Shown piece after piece: positions 25,815-40,442 of a DNA stretch of 64,000 nt. The stretch lies in NCBI GenBank assembly GCA_964016885.1, contig OZ024741.1:116746001-116810000 (forward strand). Reading direction: 5' to 3'. The stretch's first letter is position 1, and each line of letters starts with the position of its first letter. The DNA is from Eledone cirrhosa. Taxonomy: Eukaryota. Both the position numbers and the translations under genes were made by a program. The notes below the pieces were generated by a model. That model was not told the origin of the DNA and ran no database searches. It was given only the letters and a program-made list of their open reading frames with translations.

Positions 25815-27115
25815 TTTATTAAAATAACAGATTAAAGTTTAAACAAAGAATCGCTGCTTTCACCCTTAACGGGATCTTCTGAAACTAACAAAGTCAATCT
25901 GTAAACGCAGAAGTGAATATTTCAAAAAACGTTGTAACCGGAGGAAGACAGGAAGACGATACTTTGGTTCGTGGAAACGTTCCCTGGCAAAGAACGGGAA
26001 AAAACGAATATAATACGTCATTATTTGGAGCGGTGAAAAACAATTACACGCAAAGACAAAACCACGTTTATGGTATAAAAGAAATCGTAGACTAATATTC
26101 TCTTAGGTGGTTCATAGAGACGTTCTCTGGCAATGAACGGAAAAAACGAAGATAATACGTCATATGTGGAGCGTAGAGAACAATTGCACGCAAAGACAAA
26201 ATCACGTAAATGGTATAACTGAAGTCGTAGACTAGAATTCTAACTAGGAAACCGAATGATTCTCGGCTTCAGAGTTAAGAATAAAGTAAATAAAATACAG
26301 AGGTAATTGAAATTAAATAAATACATACACGCATCCATATACGTACATACACAAGCATACATAGGTATACAAATACACGCACATATAAATATGTGTGTGT
26401 GTGTGCGCGTGTATACAAATAATTAAATAAACGTATATAAATAAATAAATACGTATATAACAAGCGCACACACATACCCACATGTAAATACATAAATGTT
26501 CGGAGACGTACGTCAACCAAAACACGAAGTACACATATACACACACCCTACATACGTACGAACCCACATACTCACACAGACGCAAAACTCACGTATACAC
26601 ATAACCAAAAGCATATGTACCAGAATATATAAAATATACGCCATAACATATACAATCAAATATACGTACGAGAAAGTATACCTACCTTCACAATCATACA
26701 GGTAATATATACTTACCTATGCAAATAAGTAATGGTATAAACATAACATATACTTAGCTACCACATCAAGACGTAAAATATCCGCGTATAGATCGTACTA
26801 TCCGTTAGGGCATAACGTGGGCTGTAATACAGGAAAGTTTTGTGCAATTTATGTTTACAAGCCGAAATTGCCTCAGATTGTTTGTTTAAGATGTGTTCTG
26901 TGGCGTAGAGTATTTCCAGGGCCTCAGCGGCGCAGAGATCACATGGTCTTTTATTTCCGTTATACGATCTAGCCCTAGCTAGGATCTCCCAGTGTAACTT
27001 ATATTGGGTGTGGCTGTCTTTTAGACTCAAGATATAAGCTGAAAGTAACGTCATATTCCTTCTTAGAGGGTAACGAAAAGAATGGATATGCATGTAAAGA
27101 CGCTGCTTGAATCTA
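25815..27115 (-). mobile_element. 5'-truncated Penelope-like element, same family as 16580-18435
   Basis: RFKQRLYMH..CDLCAAEALEIL..CKHKLHKTF; homologous tail and HHR. Confidence 0.9.
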
Positions 27116-27365
27116 ATGAGGAAGTACATTACCGCCAAAAAAACAATACATGCGCAGGACAATGAATTCTAAACTCCATATTTTTTGTTGAGTTTTTTTC
27201 GGAATGTTTTGACTGCTGTTTCTTGTAAACAGATTTTCGTCTCATCCCGGCATCTCTAGCCAGTCTCCACGTGTTTTTATTATTTCAATTACACACAATG
27301 TTTGACTTGCCTGCTTTTAAATACCCCTCTGGCATATTTTAGCAATGCCCTTAGTTAACGTTTGA

Positions 27366-27444
27366 GCACTACTGAGGAACGACTCCAAACGTGACTAACC
27401 CACTGAAAAGTTTCGTGAAATAGTCTTTTAAGACTATATAGTGC
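27366..27444 (+). ncRNA. Type I hammerhead ribozyme
   Basis: Stem I gcacta/tagtgc, CTGAGGA, stem II acga/tcgt, GAAA-tagtctt/aagacta-TA. Confidence 0.8.
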
Positions 27445-27682
27445 ATTTGTATATTTTCCCAAATTGACAGATAAGTATTTCTTCTTTATTTTGAGTTAAG
27501 ATTCTATTAGTTTTTTCCCCAGCTTACACAAAGTCTGAGGATGAAATTTTTCTTCTTGACTTGTTCTGAATTTGGATTGAATTATTTTCCCATATCTTAC
27601 GTTAAATATTTTTCATCTTGATGTTATAGTCACTTATATGTCGGAATTACTGTCAGCTTCTTGCTTACATTAATTTCTCTAT

Positions 27683-27746
<64 letters not shown>

Positions 27747-27749
<3 letters not shown>

Positions 27750-28050
27750 GGAAAACGAAGAATCAGTGATGCATCGGAACTCAATTTATTACGTATTACA
27801 ATTGTTTCTCTGGCGAACAGCTCGAGGTGCGATCTGTTTGTGGATCGAACCATGACTCTGGATTCGCAAGTTCCTCAGATACGTCTGTTGGTTTCTAAGC
27901 AATTTGCTGTTCGCCGGAGAAACAATTGTAATACGTAATAAATTGAGTTCCGATGCATCACTGATTCTTCGTTTTCCATTTTATCATATTCTGCTCCGTA
28001 GGAGCATAGAGTGCTCAACCGGCATACCGCCTATGGAAGCATCTTAGCAA

Positions 28051-28052
<2 letters not shown>
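27747..28052 (+). mobile_element. Fold-back element (IR 27747-27980) with HHR 3' half GAAACaattGTA; relative at ~38575-38765
   Basis: ~75-bp inverted arms, unique 3' tail, (TA)n flanks. Confidence 0.65.
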
Positions 28053-28107
<55 letters not shown>

Positions 28108-28108
<1 letters not shown>

Positions 28109-28276
28109 GTTATTCCGGGTTGAATCGGAGGTAACCACAGTAAGTAAGGTACTCAATACATAGCAGAGTATAAAAGTTTTAATATAGATGAGATTCTACA
28201 GGACTAGAACTGTTTCATTCTTTATTTCTAAAGAATGAAACAGTTCTAGTCCTGTAGAATCTCATCTATATTAAAA

Positions 28277-28278
<2 letters not shown>
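28108..28278 (-). mobile_element. Short fold-back HHR tail; second copy at 34780-34972
   Basis: Same terminus cgttattccgggttgaatcgg; IR 28175-28278; the 34780 copy keeps CTGATGA..GAAAC..GTC. Confidence 0.7.
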
Positions 28279-28328
<50 letters not shown>

Positions 28329-28979
28329 TGATGTTTGTACGTAACAAATTATTCTGGGTCATTCTGTGCGCATGTCCCTAGATCATGTGAACAAACAACA
28401 CACACCCACGCACAAACTCACCCATTTATATTTACACATGCACGCATGCGCGCACACACACATATGTAAAAAAAAATGACGGGGTTTATAATTTCTAAAT
28501 AATTAATTTAATAATTCCTTGATTAAAACATTCTATTAAAGATGCTTCAATCCTCGAATTTTCTTTGACTTTCTCCCTCTTGTCATTCCGATCATCGTTG
28601 GATTTAATTTTACATTGATTTAAATCAATTTCAATAATTTTCTTCCATTTTTTCTTAATCATTGTCAAACATGTAACGAATAAATGTATTCCTTTCGGGA
28701 TGAATGATAAAAAGAATAATGCCAGAATTGTGATGTTACCAATGTTTATTTTACAATAACAATATTCACTTGTTGGTACATTGAGCATCGAGTAATAAAC
28801 TTGTGGCAGCAATTATCATTACATTATTTGCTGGCTAGCTACTTCGAACTAGTGTGTATGCATGTATCAAGACAACGATATAATAGACGTGAAATAACAG
28901 GAAGACGAAAGATTAGTGAAAAACATAAGTAAACCTACTGCGTGTGTGTGAAGGTGTCTATCCTTAAGTTAGTCGATTT

Positions 28980-29536
28980 TGCCGAGCGGGTATGAAATGT
29001 GAGAGCCTGAGGCTAGGGGAGAGAAAGAGTAAAAGGTCTACTGATGTAGTCTGTAGCTGAGAAGGTGAGAGCCAGTAAGGCCAGGAGAGAGAAATAGTAA
29101 AAGGTCTGCTGATGTCTACATCGTTATCTCTCATGGACTGCTTGCTGCTTCGAGGTCTCCCCGTCTGGTGGTGTAGTCTGTAGCTGAGAAGGTGAGAGCC
29201 AGTGAGGCCAGGAGAGAGATAGAGATAGAGTAAAAGTGAATTAGCTACATCGTTATTCTCTCAAGGACTGCAGCTTCGTGGTCTGGCTGCCAGATTTCAC
29301 AAGTCCTTGTATTTATAATAACGCTATAGCTAGAATATGGGTTGAATTATGAGTAGCCATCTGTGTTTCCTCTGCCTACAAGCTTGGGTCACAGGTCAAG
29401 TGGTATGTACGTTTATCATAAGTATTTCTTGACAAGACAATCGTAGGAAACTCCCAACAATAAGTGGTTCTAGAGGCGAGAAACCTCAGATACGGTTTCG
29501 AATCTTCGCCGGTAAAATATAGGAGTATTCCGTTAC
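28980..29536. repeat. Unclassified repeat with internal direct repeats (possible solo LTR)
   Basis: gtagtctgtagctgagaaggtgagagccagt at ~29046 and ~29173; ends in TTACA. Confidence 0.3.
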
Positions 29537-29545
29537 AAACATATA

Positions 29546-29675
29546 CAGTGAAATTCCGTTATAACGAAATTCACGGGGTATAAAAAGTAATTCGTCGTAA
29601 CGAAAAATTCTTTATAACGAGATATACCTAACACATTGAGCATGTGGCCGGGGATCGAACAAAATTTCGTTATTC
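29546..29675. mobile_element. pogo/Tigger-like MITE end fragment
   Basis: TA-CAGTGAAATTCCGTTATAACGAA with repeated TAACGA motifs. Confidence 0.35.
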
Positions 29676-30209
29676 TGATACCTATTGGGATTTTTGTATA
29701 TCTCTTAATATAAGATTTGAACATAAGTTAGTTTGATTAGATCTAACCTTGGGCCAAACAGCAGCAGCAATAGACCTCACACACGCGCGCGTGCATACAC
29801 ACACACACACACACGCGCGCACATACACACGCGCGCACATACACACACGCACACACAAACACACACGCACACACAAACACACACGCGCACGCGCACACAC
29901 ACACACACGGACATGCACACACGCGCACACAACCACCACCACCACCACACACATGCACACATACACACACAACACACACGCACACACACACACAACCACC
30001 ACAACCACCACACACATTCACATACACACACACACAAACACCACACCCACCACACACACACATATAATATATATAGTTCAAAATTAAAAAAGAAGACAAA
30101 CGATTATGCAAGGTCCTATTAATTTCATGCTTTTGGGAAAAGGAAAAAGAATGTTTCAGCGTATCGAACGTTAGTCCTTCATCAGGAAAGAGTAAAGTTA
30201 AGAGAAAGA

Positions 30210-31143
<934 letters not shown>

Positions 31144-31707
31144 TAGAAGGGGTATTTAATTTGTTGGAAGTCCGACAAATATAAATGTTTATAACTGATT
31201 TAGAGCACTCGACAGTTTCTGGAGTAAATATTCAATGATATTAAATAATTGGAAGCTATATTTATAAAACCATATTTATTTTATTATATATATTTCAAGG
31301 GTACCAAAACACATTGGTACGCTTTCCTCAGATAAAATACAAAGTTTGTTTTATAAATAGAGACATACCTATGAAAATCATACCTTATCGGTTGGATATT
31401 CTCTGGATAGTGGAAATATATTAGGGATTTTTCAAACTTATGGGTGAATATGCAAATGAATATGTAAATAATTGAAAAACAATCGTTTATTTAAACGACT
31501 ATGGAGAGAGAGGGAAGAGAGAAGAGGAGAAGGATAAAATAGTGCGAGAGAGAAGAAAGAAAAAAAGGGAAGATGAATAAAAACTCATATAACGTTAATT
31601 TGAGGGAAATATATTCCAAGTATATATCTTAATAGTACGTGTATTTACGATTATTAGTTGTTTAAAATTTGTTTATAATATAATATTTTTCTTCTGTTAT
31701 AAGTAGA

Positions 31708-31738
<31 letters not shown>

Positions 31739-32083
31739 ATAGATGGGTATATCATGTTATAGATAATTGTACTAATGAGTTATGAGGGATATTGGTTTTG
31801 TATTTTATGTAAATAAATATTAAGTTAAATTAAATTAAATTAACTGAGTTAAGAAGAATATTTTTATTTATATGATTGAAAATGGGAAGATACGGAAAAA
31901 ACTCCGACTATTTAGTCAAAATAAGTATAGATGTTGAAGATACATTTAGCCAGAATCAGTTAGTGGTTATAAATCTATTGAAAAAATATTGAGAAAGTAT
32001 TGAAAAAAATATTGAAAAAGTATTGAAAAAATATTGAAAAATTTGAGAAAATAAAAAAAATAAAAATTTATAAGAGATAAGTA

Positions 32084-32124
<41 letters not shown>

Positions 32125-32127
<3 letters not shown>

Positions 32128-32972
32128 TATTTTCCGTTGTGTTGTAATATAAATATTACACACAGTAGATTATCAGCTCACGTAGAGTTTGCTCGACGGT
32201 TCCAGTTGTAGTTCCAAAAGTAATCCGGAGAAAAATAGAAAGATTTGAATGGATACAGTTTAGTTGAAAGGAATTTATTGACACGTGTTTCTATAACAGT
32301 TACGTAACCTAAAACAGCTGCTATCTACAAACTTTTAGTTATGCAGACATTCAATATTTCAATGTTATTATTTACTGTCATTTCATCAGAATAATATTAC
32401 TGAGGACCTATTTAGTTTTTATAGAGAATATTAGGAGGGAGGGGTGAAGTTGTTAGAAGAATAGTTGAAGGAGTGGTTTTTCGATAGCAGTGAGAATTCT
32501 TGGTGGCAGTGAGTAATTAGATTCCCATCTGTTGTTTTGACATTTTTTATAGAATATATTATTGGTTATTTTTCTAAATCTATAGAAGGATTAGAGATAG
32601 TAAAGATATGCGTGGTTGGTTTTGTGTTTGCACTTAATTAACATTCAGACTTAAATTTTTCTTTCAAGTGTAAGTATCCTTTCACACACGCATTCACACA
32701 CAAATATATTTGCGCACCTCTACAAAATACATATACTCACAATTCACATATTCATACTTACATATATATACACATGCATACACATATATATACACACATG
32801 TATTCATGTACATACATACGCGCTCATGTGTATACATTTTCATACTCAACTTATCTTTATATACACACGTATAGACACACACATATATACATACATACTC
32901 TAGTCCATGTGTACACACATACACATACATACACATCTATATACACATACATACATACACACATATATATAC

Positions 32973-33053
<81 letters not shown>

Positions 33054-34738
33054 AGCACTTTAATACATGAATACACTTACATCTAACTATACACATCAAA
33101 CATATATATATATATTTACTTATTTATATACATTTTCACATATATATACATACTTATGGACGTTTTTAGACACATTCATTATCGCATATTTGCACCTATT
33201 CTCATCAGCATATCTTTCCATTATTAGTGTGGTAATTTAAGGTTATTAATATATGTTGAGAAGAGATTGTTTTTATATTTTTCTAACTAGATTAAGGTTT
33301 ATATAGTTGGGGGATGTCCCTCTTTTATGTAATATTCGGCTTGTAGTGGGAAAAAAGGGTTTTAGTTCTGTGACGGCAGAATAATGTTCGTTCAATTCTG
33401 TTATTCAGCAGTTTCTTCTTGTGTGTGATTATGTAATAAATCTCAAGATTACACAATTTGCAGAAATTTTGGCTCCTGGAAAAGCTTTGGGTTTTAGCTA
33501 ATTTCTCCCATTTTAGGGTAAACTAGGGAGAAATTAGCTAAAACCCAAAGCTTTTCCAGGAGCCAAAATTTCTGCAAATTGTGTAATCTTGAGATTTATT
33601 ACATAATCACACACAAGAAGAAACTGCTGAATAACAGAATTGAACGAACATTATTCTGCCGTCACAGAACTAAAACCCTTTTTTCCCACTACAAGCCGAA
33701 TATTACATAAAAGAGGGACATCCCCCAACTATATAAACCTTAATCTAGTTAGAAAAATATAAAAACAATCTCTTCTCAACATATATTAATAACCTTAAAT
33801 TACCACACTAATAATGGAAAGATATGCTGATGAGAATAGGTGCAAATATGCGATAATGAATGTGTCTAAAAACGTCCATAAGTATGTATATATATGTGAA
33901 AATGTATATAAATAAGTAAATATATATATATGTTTGATGTGTATAGTTAGATGTAAGTGTATTCATGTATTAAAGTGCTTATATATATATGTATATATAT
34001 ATATATGTATATATATGTGTGTATGTATGTATGTGTATATAGATGTGTATGTATGTGTATGTGTGTACACATGGACTAGAGTATGTATGTATATATGTGT
34101 GTGTCTATACGTGTGTATATAAAGATAAGTTGAGTATGAAAATGTATACACATGAGCGCGTATGTATGTACATGAATACATGTGTGTATATATATGTGTA
34201 TGCATGTGTATATATATGTAAGTATGAATATGTGAATTGTGAGTATATGTATTTTGTAGAGGTGCGCAAATATATTTGTGTGTGAATGCGTGTGTGAAAG
34301 GATACTTACACTTGAAAGAAAAATTTAAGTCTGAATGTTAATTAAGTGCAAACACAAAACCAACCACGCATATCTTTACTATCTCTAATCCTTCTATAGA
34401 TTTAGAAAAATAACCAATAATATATTCTATAAAAAATGTCAAAACAACAGATGGGAATCTAATTACTCACTGCCACCAAGAATTCTCACTGCTATCGAAA
34501 AACCACTCCTTCAACTATTCTTCTAACAACTTCACCCCTCCCTCCTAATATTCTCTATAAAAACTAAATAGGTCCTCAGTAATATTATTCTGATGAAATG
34601 ACAGTAAATAATAACATTGAAATATTGAATGTCTGCATAACTAAAAGTTTGTAGATAGCAGCTGTTTTAGGTTACGTAACTGTTATGGAAACACGTGTCA
34701 ATAAATTCCTTTCAACTAAACTGTATCCATTCAAATCT

Positions 34739-34743
<5 letters not shown>
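32125..34743. mobile_element. 2.5-kb palindromic PLE remnant (arms 32236-33508 / 33526-34743)
   Basis: Arms encode the GIY-YIG C-terminus EKLAKTQSFSRSQNFCKLCNLEIYYII..LLNNRIE..CRH and carry an HHR; (TA)n flanks. Confidence 0.9.
34585..34704 (+). ncRNA. Type I hammerhead with ~90-nt stem II; mirror copy at ~32275-32395 (-)
   Basis: ttatt/aataa, CTGATGA, atgacagt/actgttat, GAAAC-acgt-GTC. Confidence 0.7.
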
Positions 34744-34780
<37 letters not shown>

Positions 34781-34968
34781 GTTATTCCGGGTTGAATCGG
34801 AGGTAACCACAGTAAGTAAGGTACTCAATACATAGCAGAGTATAACAGTTTTAATATAGATGAGATTCTACAGGACTAGAACTGTTTCATTCATTAGAAA
34901 TCATCAGATTCCTGATGATTTCTAATGAATGAAACAGTTCTAGTCCTGTAGAATCTCATCTATATTAA

Positions 34969-35021
<53 letters not shown>

Positions 35022-35061
35022 TACAAATATTAATAAAATAGATGTTCTTTTGATCAATTAC

Positions 35062-35116
35062 ATTTTATTATACATATTTCGGATGTACAACAGTACGTCC
35101 TCATCAGACAAAATAT
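35062..35116 (-). ncRNA. Minimal type I hammerhead at the end of an AT-rich PLE-type tail (~35015-37490)
   Basis: attttgt-CTGATGA-ggacgtac-tgtt-gtacatcc-GAAAT-atgt-ATA-ataaaat; the tail has internal duplicates 35593-35720/36961-37087 and 36657-36790/37097-37230. Confidence 0.8.
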
Positions 35117-35713
35117 AATGATACATGACATACCCTGAGATGTTAAATGGTTAAGATTTGATCAAGGTAGTGATTAACCTAAGAGAAAGTTTTACATTTA
35201 TACCCTAATAATGAGAAAATGCGAAAACGTAATCAATTCAATAGAGAATGTGTAAGAAAAACGTTGCTTAATGTAACAGTTATAGAGATTTTAAAATGTA
35301 TGATACTACATTTATCAGGGAAAGCGGTCAATGAGAGCCGCTGGGATAGGATATATAGAGAGAGGGAAGATAAGTGGTAATATATGTAGAAGGAGATTTT
35401 CCGAAAGTTAAACGGTTACGTTTGAAAATATTTAATTTATGCTATTTTAGGGTGAAGAATCAAGATTTTATTTTTTTTTTTTTAAATTGCTGGTTATTTA
35501 TTAGTTTTGTAAATTCAATAAGTGTTTTAACATTTCTAAACTTCGGAATTTTATGAGGATAACTTTTAAAGGATTTAGCTGGCCAGCGGAAAGGAAAGTT
35601 TACACTGTCGAATATTTTTCTAAATGTAAGCTTTACCGGAGATAATCATTGTCAACATATATGGTATGTAAATCTTATGAAGTATTTATTGTTAAAAATA
35701 TTTAAATAACTAT

Positions 35714-35802
<89 letters not shown>

Positions 35803-35808
<6 letters not shown>

Positions 35809-35886
35809 TAAAATAACAGATTAAAGTTTAAGCAAAGAATCGCTGCTTTCACCCTTAACGGGATCTTCTGAAACTAACAAAGTCAA

Positions 35887-35950
<64 letters not shown>

Positions 35951-36645
35951 TAAAATAACAGATTAAAGTTTAAGCAAAGAATCGCTGCTTTCACCCTTAA
36001 CGGGATCTTCTGAAACTAACAAAGTCAATCTGTAAACGCAGAACTAGATATTTCAAAAAACGTTGCAACCGGAGGAAGACAGGAAGACGATACTTTGGTT
36101 CGTGGTAACGTTCGCTGGCAAAGAACGGGAAAAAACGAATACGTCATTAATAGGAGCGGTGAAAAACAATTACGCGCAAAGACAGAACCACGTTTATGGT
36201 ATAAAAGAGGTCGTAGACTAATGTTCTCTAAGTGGTGCATAGAGACGTTCTCTGGCAATGAACGAAAAAACGAAGATAATAAGTCATATGTGGAGCGTGG
36301 AGAACAATAGCACGCAAAGACAAAACCACGTAAATGGTATAGCAGAAATCGTAGACTAAAATTCTAACTAGGAGACCAAATGAATCTCCGCTACAGAGTT
36401 AAGAACAAAGTAAATAAATACAATACAGAAGTAATAGAAACAAATAAATACATACACGCAAACAGATACGTACATACACAAGCATACGCAAAACCTTACC
36501 ATGGGTATACAAAACCACGCACATATAAATATGTGTGTGTGTGTATGCTTGTGTACAAATAAATAAATAATTATATAAACGTATATAAGTAAATAAATAC
36601 GTATATCACAAGCGCACACGCATACCTACATATAAATACACGAAT
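35803..36645 (-). mobile_element. Two nested tails of the 16580-family PLE (35803-35890, 35945-36645)
   Basis: Homologous to 17690-18435; separated by (TA)n. Confidence 0.85.
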
Positions 36646-37527
36646 ATATATATATATTAATGAGCCTGTATATTTTAGGTAAATGATAACGAAAAATAAT
36701 AGATTGAGGCATGCTAAAGTTAAATATATACCTATATATAACAGGGTGTAAATGCATTGATTATTCATAGTTCAAAATAAATGATAATCAATAAATTTAA
36801 CTAAAAATTATGTATAGAAAGATACATGGAGGTTTATATTGATATAAATTAGGTATTATTGATACAGTATACTTTAGGTAAATGATAACGGTTATAATTT
36901 TATATAATAAACTTTGAACGTGTGAGAGTTAAATACATATATATATATAAGAAAAGCAAGGAAAGTTTACACTGTTTAATATTTTCCTAAATGTAAACTT
37001 TACCGAAGATAATCAATTGTCAACATATGCTATGTAAATCTAATAAAGTACTTATTGTTAGAAATATTTAATTAACGATTATGTATATAGATATTTATTA
37101 ATGAGCCAGTATATTTTAGGTAAATGATAACGAAAAAAATATAATAGATTGAGGCATGCTAAAGTTAAATATATACATATATATAACAGGGTGTAAATGC
37201 ATTAATTATTCATAGTTCGAAATAAATAATAATAAAAAACACATGAAAGATTCACAGTTAGAAATAAGTTCCATAAAAATGTATGGGTTGGATATTAAAC
37301 TAAAATTTAAAACTTAGATAGAACTTAGATCAAAGTTAATAATTATAATATTATGTTATGTATATCAATGTTCCGGCATATTATTGAACAAGTGTCTTTC
37401 ATTCAAGCGTTATTTCTTCTATAGATAGTTATAAGATAATGCAATATTGAAGGCCATTAATGTGTTTTACTGTTGATTATATATATATATATGTAAATAT
37501 GCTGGGTCCGTCAACCCTTATTATATA

Positions 37528-37574
<47 letters not shown>

Positions 37575-37582
<8 letters not shown>

Positions 37583-38205
37583 AACATGGGGAGAAGAATA
37601 CTGCATGGTTGCACATGGATTACATATTATAAAATTAGTCCCTCATCAGTTATTTGCCAACCATCATTGGTATTTCATCGCATTAAAAATCATATACCTC
37701 AGGTTGGTGCGAGCAATAACTAAAATAAGCTATTGGGACAAGTGAAACGCGTAAAGCGAGTGAGACAAGTAAACAACATAGAAGGAAAAGCAAACCGAAG
37801 ATGGGGAAAAAAACAAGCAACATGGTTATCCGATCAGCATAAGCTGGGTGAATTTCATGAGCGTTCAGAATACAAACCTTTTGCCGTGAATGGGATGTGA
37901 GAAAGAAAGAATCCCACTCCTAGCGAACGGGAGGAAGTGAGAAGGGGAGAAACAGAGAGTGAGTGAGTGGAAGTGCGAGGAAGAGGTCAGTCGAGAGAAA
38001 GTGTTAACTGACAGAGGGGACGAAAGAAGGTAAGAGAAACAGAGAGAACGGGGGAGCAGTAAGAGAGAAAGAGAGAAACAGAAAATCGCAGTTTAGGTAA
38101 ATATATATGAAAAACATGGGGAGAAGAATACTGCATGGTTGCACATGGATTACATATTATAAAATTAGTCCCTCATCAGTGATTTGCCAACCATCATTGG
38201 TATTT

Positions 38206-38210
<5 letters not shown>
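37575..38210 (-). mobile_element. Non-coding terminally redundant element, 530-nt unit, in (TA)n
   Basis: 37575-37679 repeated at 38105-38209; homologous to 58765-59487. Confidence 0.8.
37637..37739 (-). ncRNA. Candidate permuted/pseudoknotted hammerhead with kink-turn
   Basis: Covarying helices relative to 58796-58897; see findings. Confidence 0.55.
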
Positions 38211-38276
<66 letters not shown>

Positions 38277-39806
38277 AGTGTGTGTATGTGAGAGCGTGTG
38301 TGTATATGTATATGGGTGTGTATATGTACATGTGTGTGTATGTATGTGTGTGTGTATATATATATGTATGTATGTGCGCGTGTGTGTATGTGTATGTATA
38401 TATATGTGTGTGTGTGTGTATATGTGTGTGTGAGTGACTTGTGAAATACCAAATCCAGCATGAATTCATTGAAGTGTGTCGGACGGAGAGTAGCTGATGG
38501 GCAGTATGGCAGCAGATATTGGCCAGAATTTATGATGACGTAGAAAAATAACAGCCAACAGCAGGACAAGCGAGGAAGATGTGTTTGAAGGTAAAACCCC
38601 AGTGAGAATATTTGTTCCGAAGTTATTGGAAGTGTCCGACGAACCTGCAGTTCTAGAATCAGACAGATCCATACAATGATCGTGTCTCGAGCTATCTGCC
38701 AGCGAAACAATTGTAACACACAATAAATTGAGTCCAGCTGCATCACTGATTTTTCGTTTCATATTATATTATACATATCATGCACACATACATACATGTA
38801 TGTATGTGTGCATGATATAAACACATACACTTACGTACATAGCCACTTACATTTGCACATATACATACCAATGCATATACATGCTGTACTCTTAAGGCAA
38901 TTCTCTGGGAATTCAGCATGGCATAGAATATAGCAGGTCTGTTCCTTTAAACCTGAAATAAAATGTATTGTTCAAAGACACAATGCGTCTTTGGGAATCT
39001 AACTCAAACGCCTTCTACATTCTGTCCGCCGGGGCTGTGGGGAGGCCAGCACGTGGGACCCCATTTGCTCACCATACGGAGAGATTGGGAGGGCGAGAGT
39101 GATGGAGGCGATGACACGTTCGGACCATATCCTTTTGGTTGTGTTCATTAAGCAGTTAATAAGTCTGTTTATGTATAGACTCAATAGTGTACATTACCTG
39201 CTTTTATCTGTATGTCCCCTATACACATATATATAAATCTATATATACACATGTACATGTACACACATACCCACACTCACATATATATATATATATATTA
39301 AATGAATGTGAAAGACCAAAGGTCATTATTGAACGTCTCTGCATATGTATAATTCAATTTATATTTTTTATTGGAAAAAGTAAGTGCGGTCACTTGCATA
39401 CTCTACTCTAAATAACAGTCAGTGGGTATGTAGTGGTTTTCTTTAAAAATGTAATAAATATCTGGAGCTTTGATTTTAATACTCATGAAATTTTCAATTA
39501 ATTTTAAGTATGTGTATGGAAATCTGTAATTCTAATAACAATAATTTCTCATAACTATATTTGGAATTGTAATAAAAGACTTCCAATATACTTTTAGGCT
39601 TCCGACTTCTTGTGTAGTTTCGTTATTTCATATTCATAAACGCGTAATCCCACTGATACCAAACTACCTCTGATTCTATCATATAAAGCAACTTATTTTA
39701 AAGTGTTCATAAAATTTAAACCTCTCATCATAATTTTACGTATGAAAATTATGTTAGTTTCTTTTTAAAAGAAAAACTGCTTGAAATTGAAAAGATTATT
39801 ATATCT

Positions 39807-39924
39807 GAGTTCAAATCCCGCCGAGGTTGACTTTGCCTTTCATCATTACGGGGTCGATGAAATAAAGTTCCAGTAATGTACTGGGTAATTGCTGGCCTTG
39901 TGCCAAAAGTAGAAACAATTATTA
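39807..39924 (+). mobile_element. SINE-like fragment
   Basis: GAGTTCAAATCCCGCC...ggccttgtgccaaaagtagaaacaattatta. Confidence 0.75.
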
Positions 39925-40442
39925 TATCACTACCCCCCCCCTCCCCCGAATTCTTGATTATTTTCAAAGTGATTTGAAAATTATAGACAGTGTACCATAT
40001 TAGAAATATGGTAAAGCTTTTTCCATTGATATAGCTCCAACCAATTTAACGTGATATGACCCCAATTTAATATACTCACAGCATGACTAAATGTATATCT
40101 ATTGTACGTCAACCTATGCGTTTTTATTTCAAATAACGCTGTGCTGGTGCTATTGCTAGTTAATACTAATCAACCAAGCTCGCACTATGTAAGTAAATAA
40201 GCTTTCAACAAGAACAGTTTGTTTACAACATTTCAAAGACCTTATTGTCTATCATATCTCAGTATCTAGCCGCAAGTAAGCGAGTGCTGACCAACTATAA
40301 CAACAGTGAAATATATCCACAACTATTATTCCGATGCTGAAGTAATGACATGTTCACAGCTAGATTAAATTGTCCGAAACATTTCTTTTGTTAATTTTCT
40401 TTTGTTCAGCAAATTTTGCCGACTTTTTTTTTAACCCGATGA

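Noticed and set aside
28495-28812. 105-aa ORF as a third paralog or host gene
   Set aside because: Non-ATG start, no similarity to the paralogs, no recognisable motif.
30150-30190. CTGATGA-aggac..gttc on the - strand as an HHR
   Set aside because: GAAA is replaced by GATA and there is no convincing stem I or III; at best a dead remnant.
37650-37682. ATGA..AA..GA as a SECIS element or C/D snoRNA
   Set aside because: Helix too short for SECIS, and box D precedes box C; the k-turn/HHR reading explains more conserved bases.
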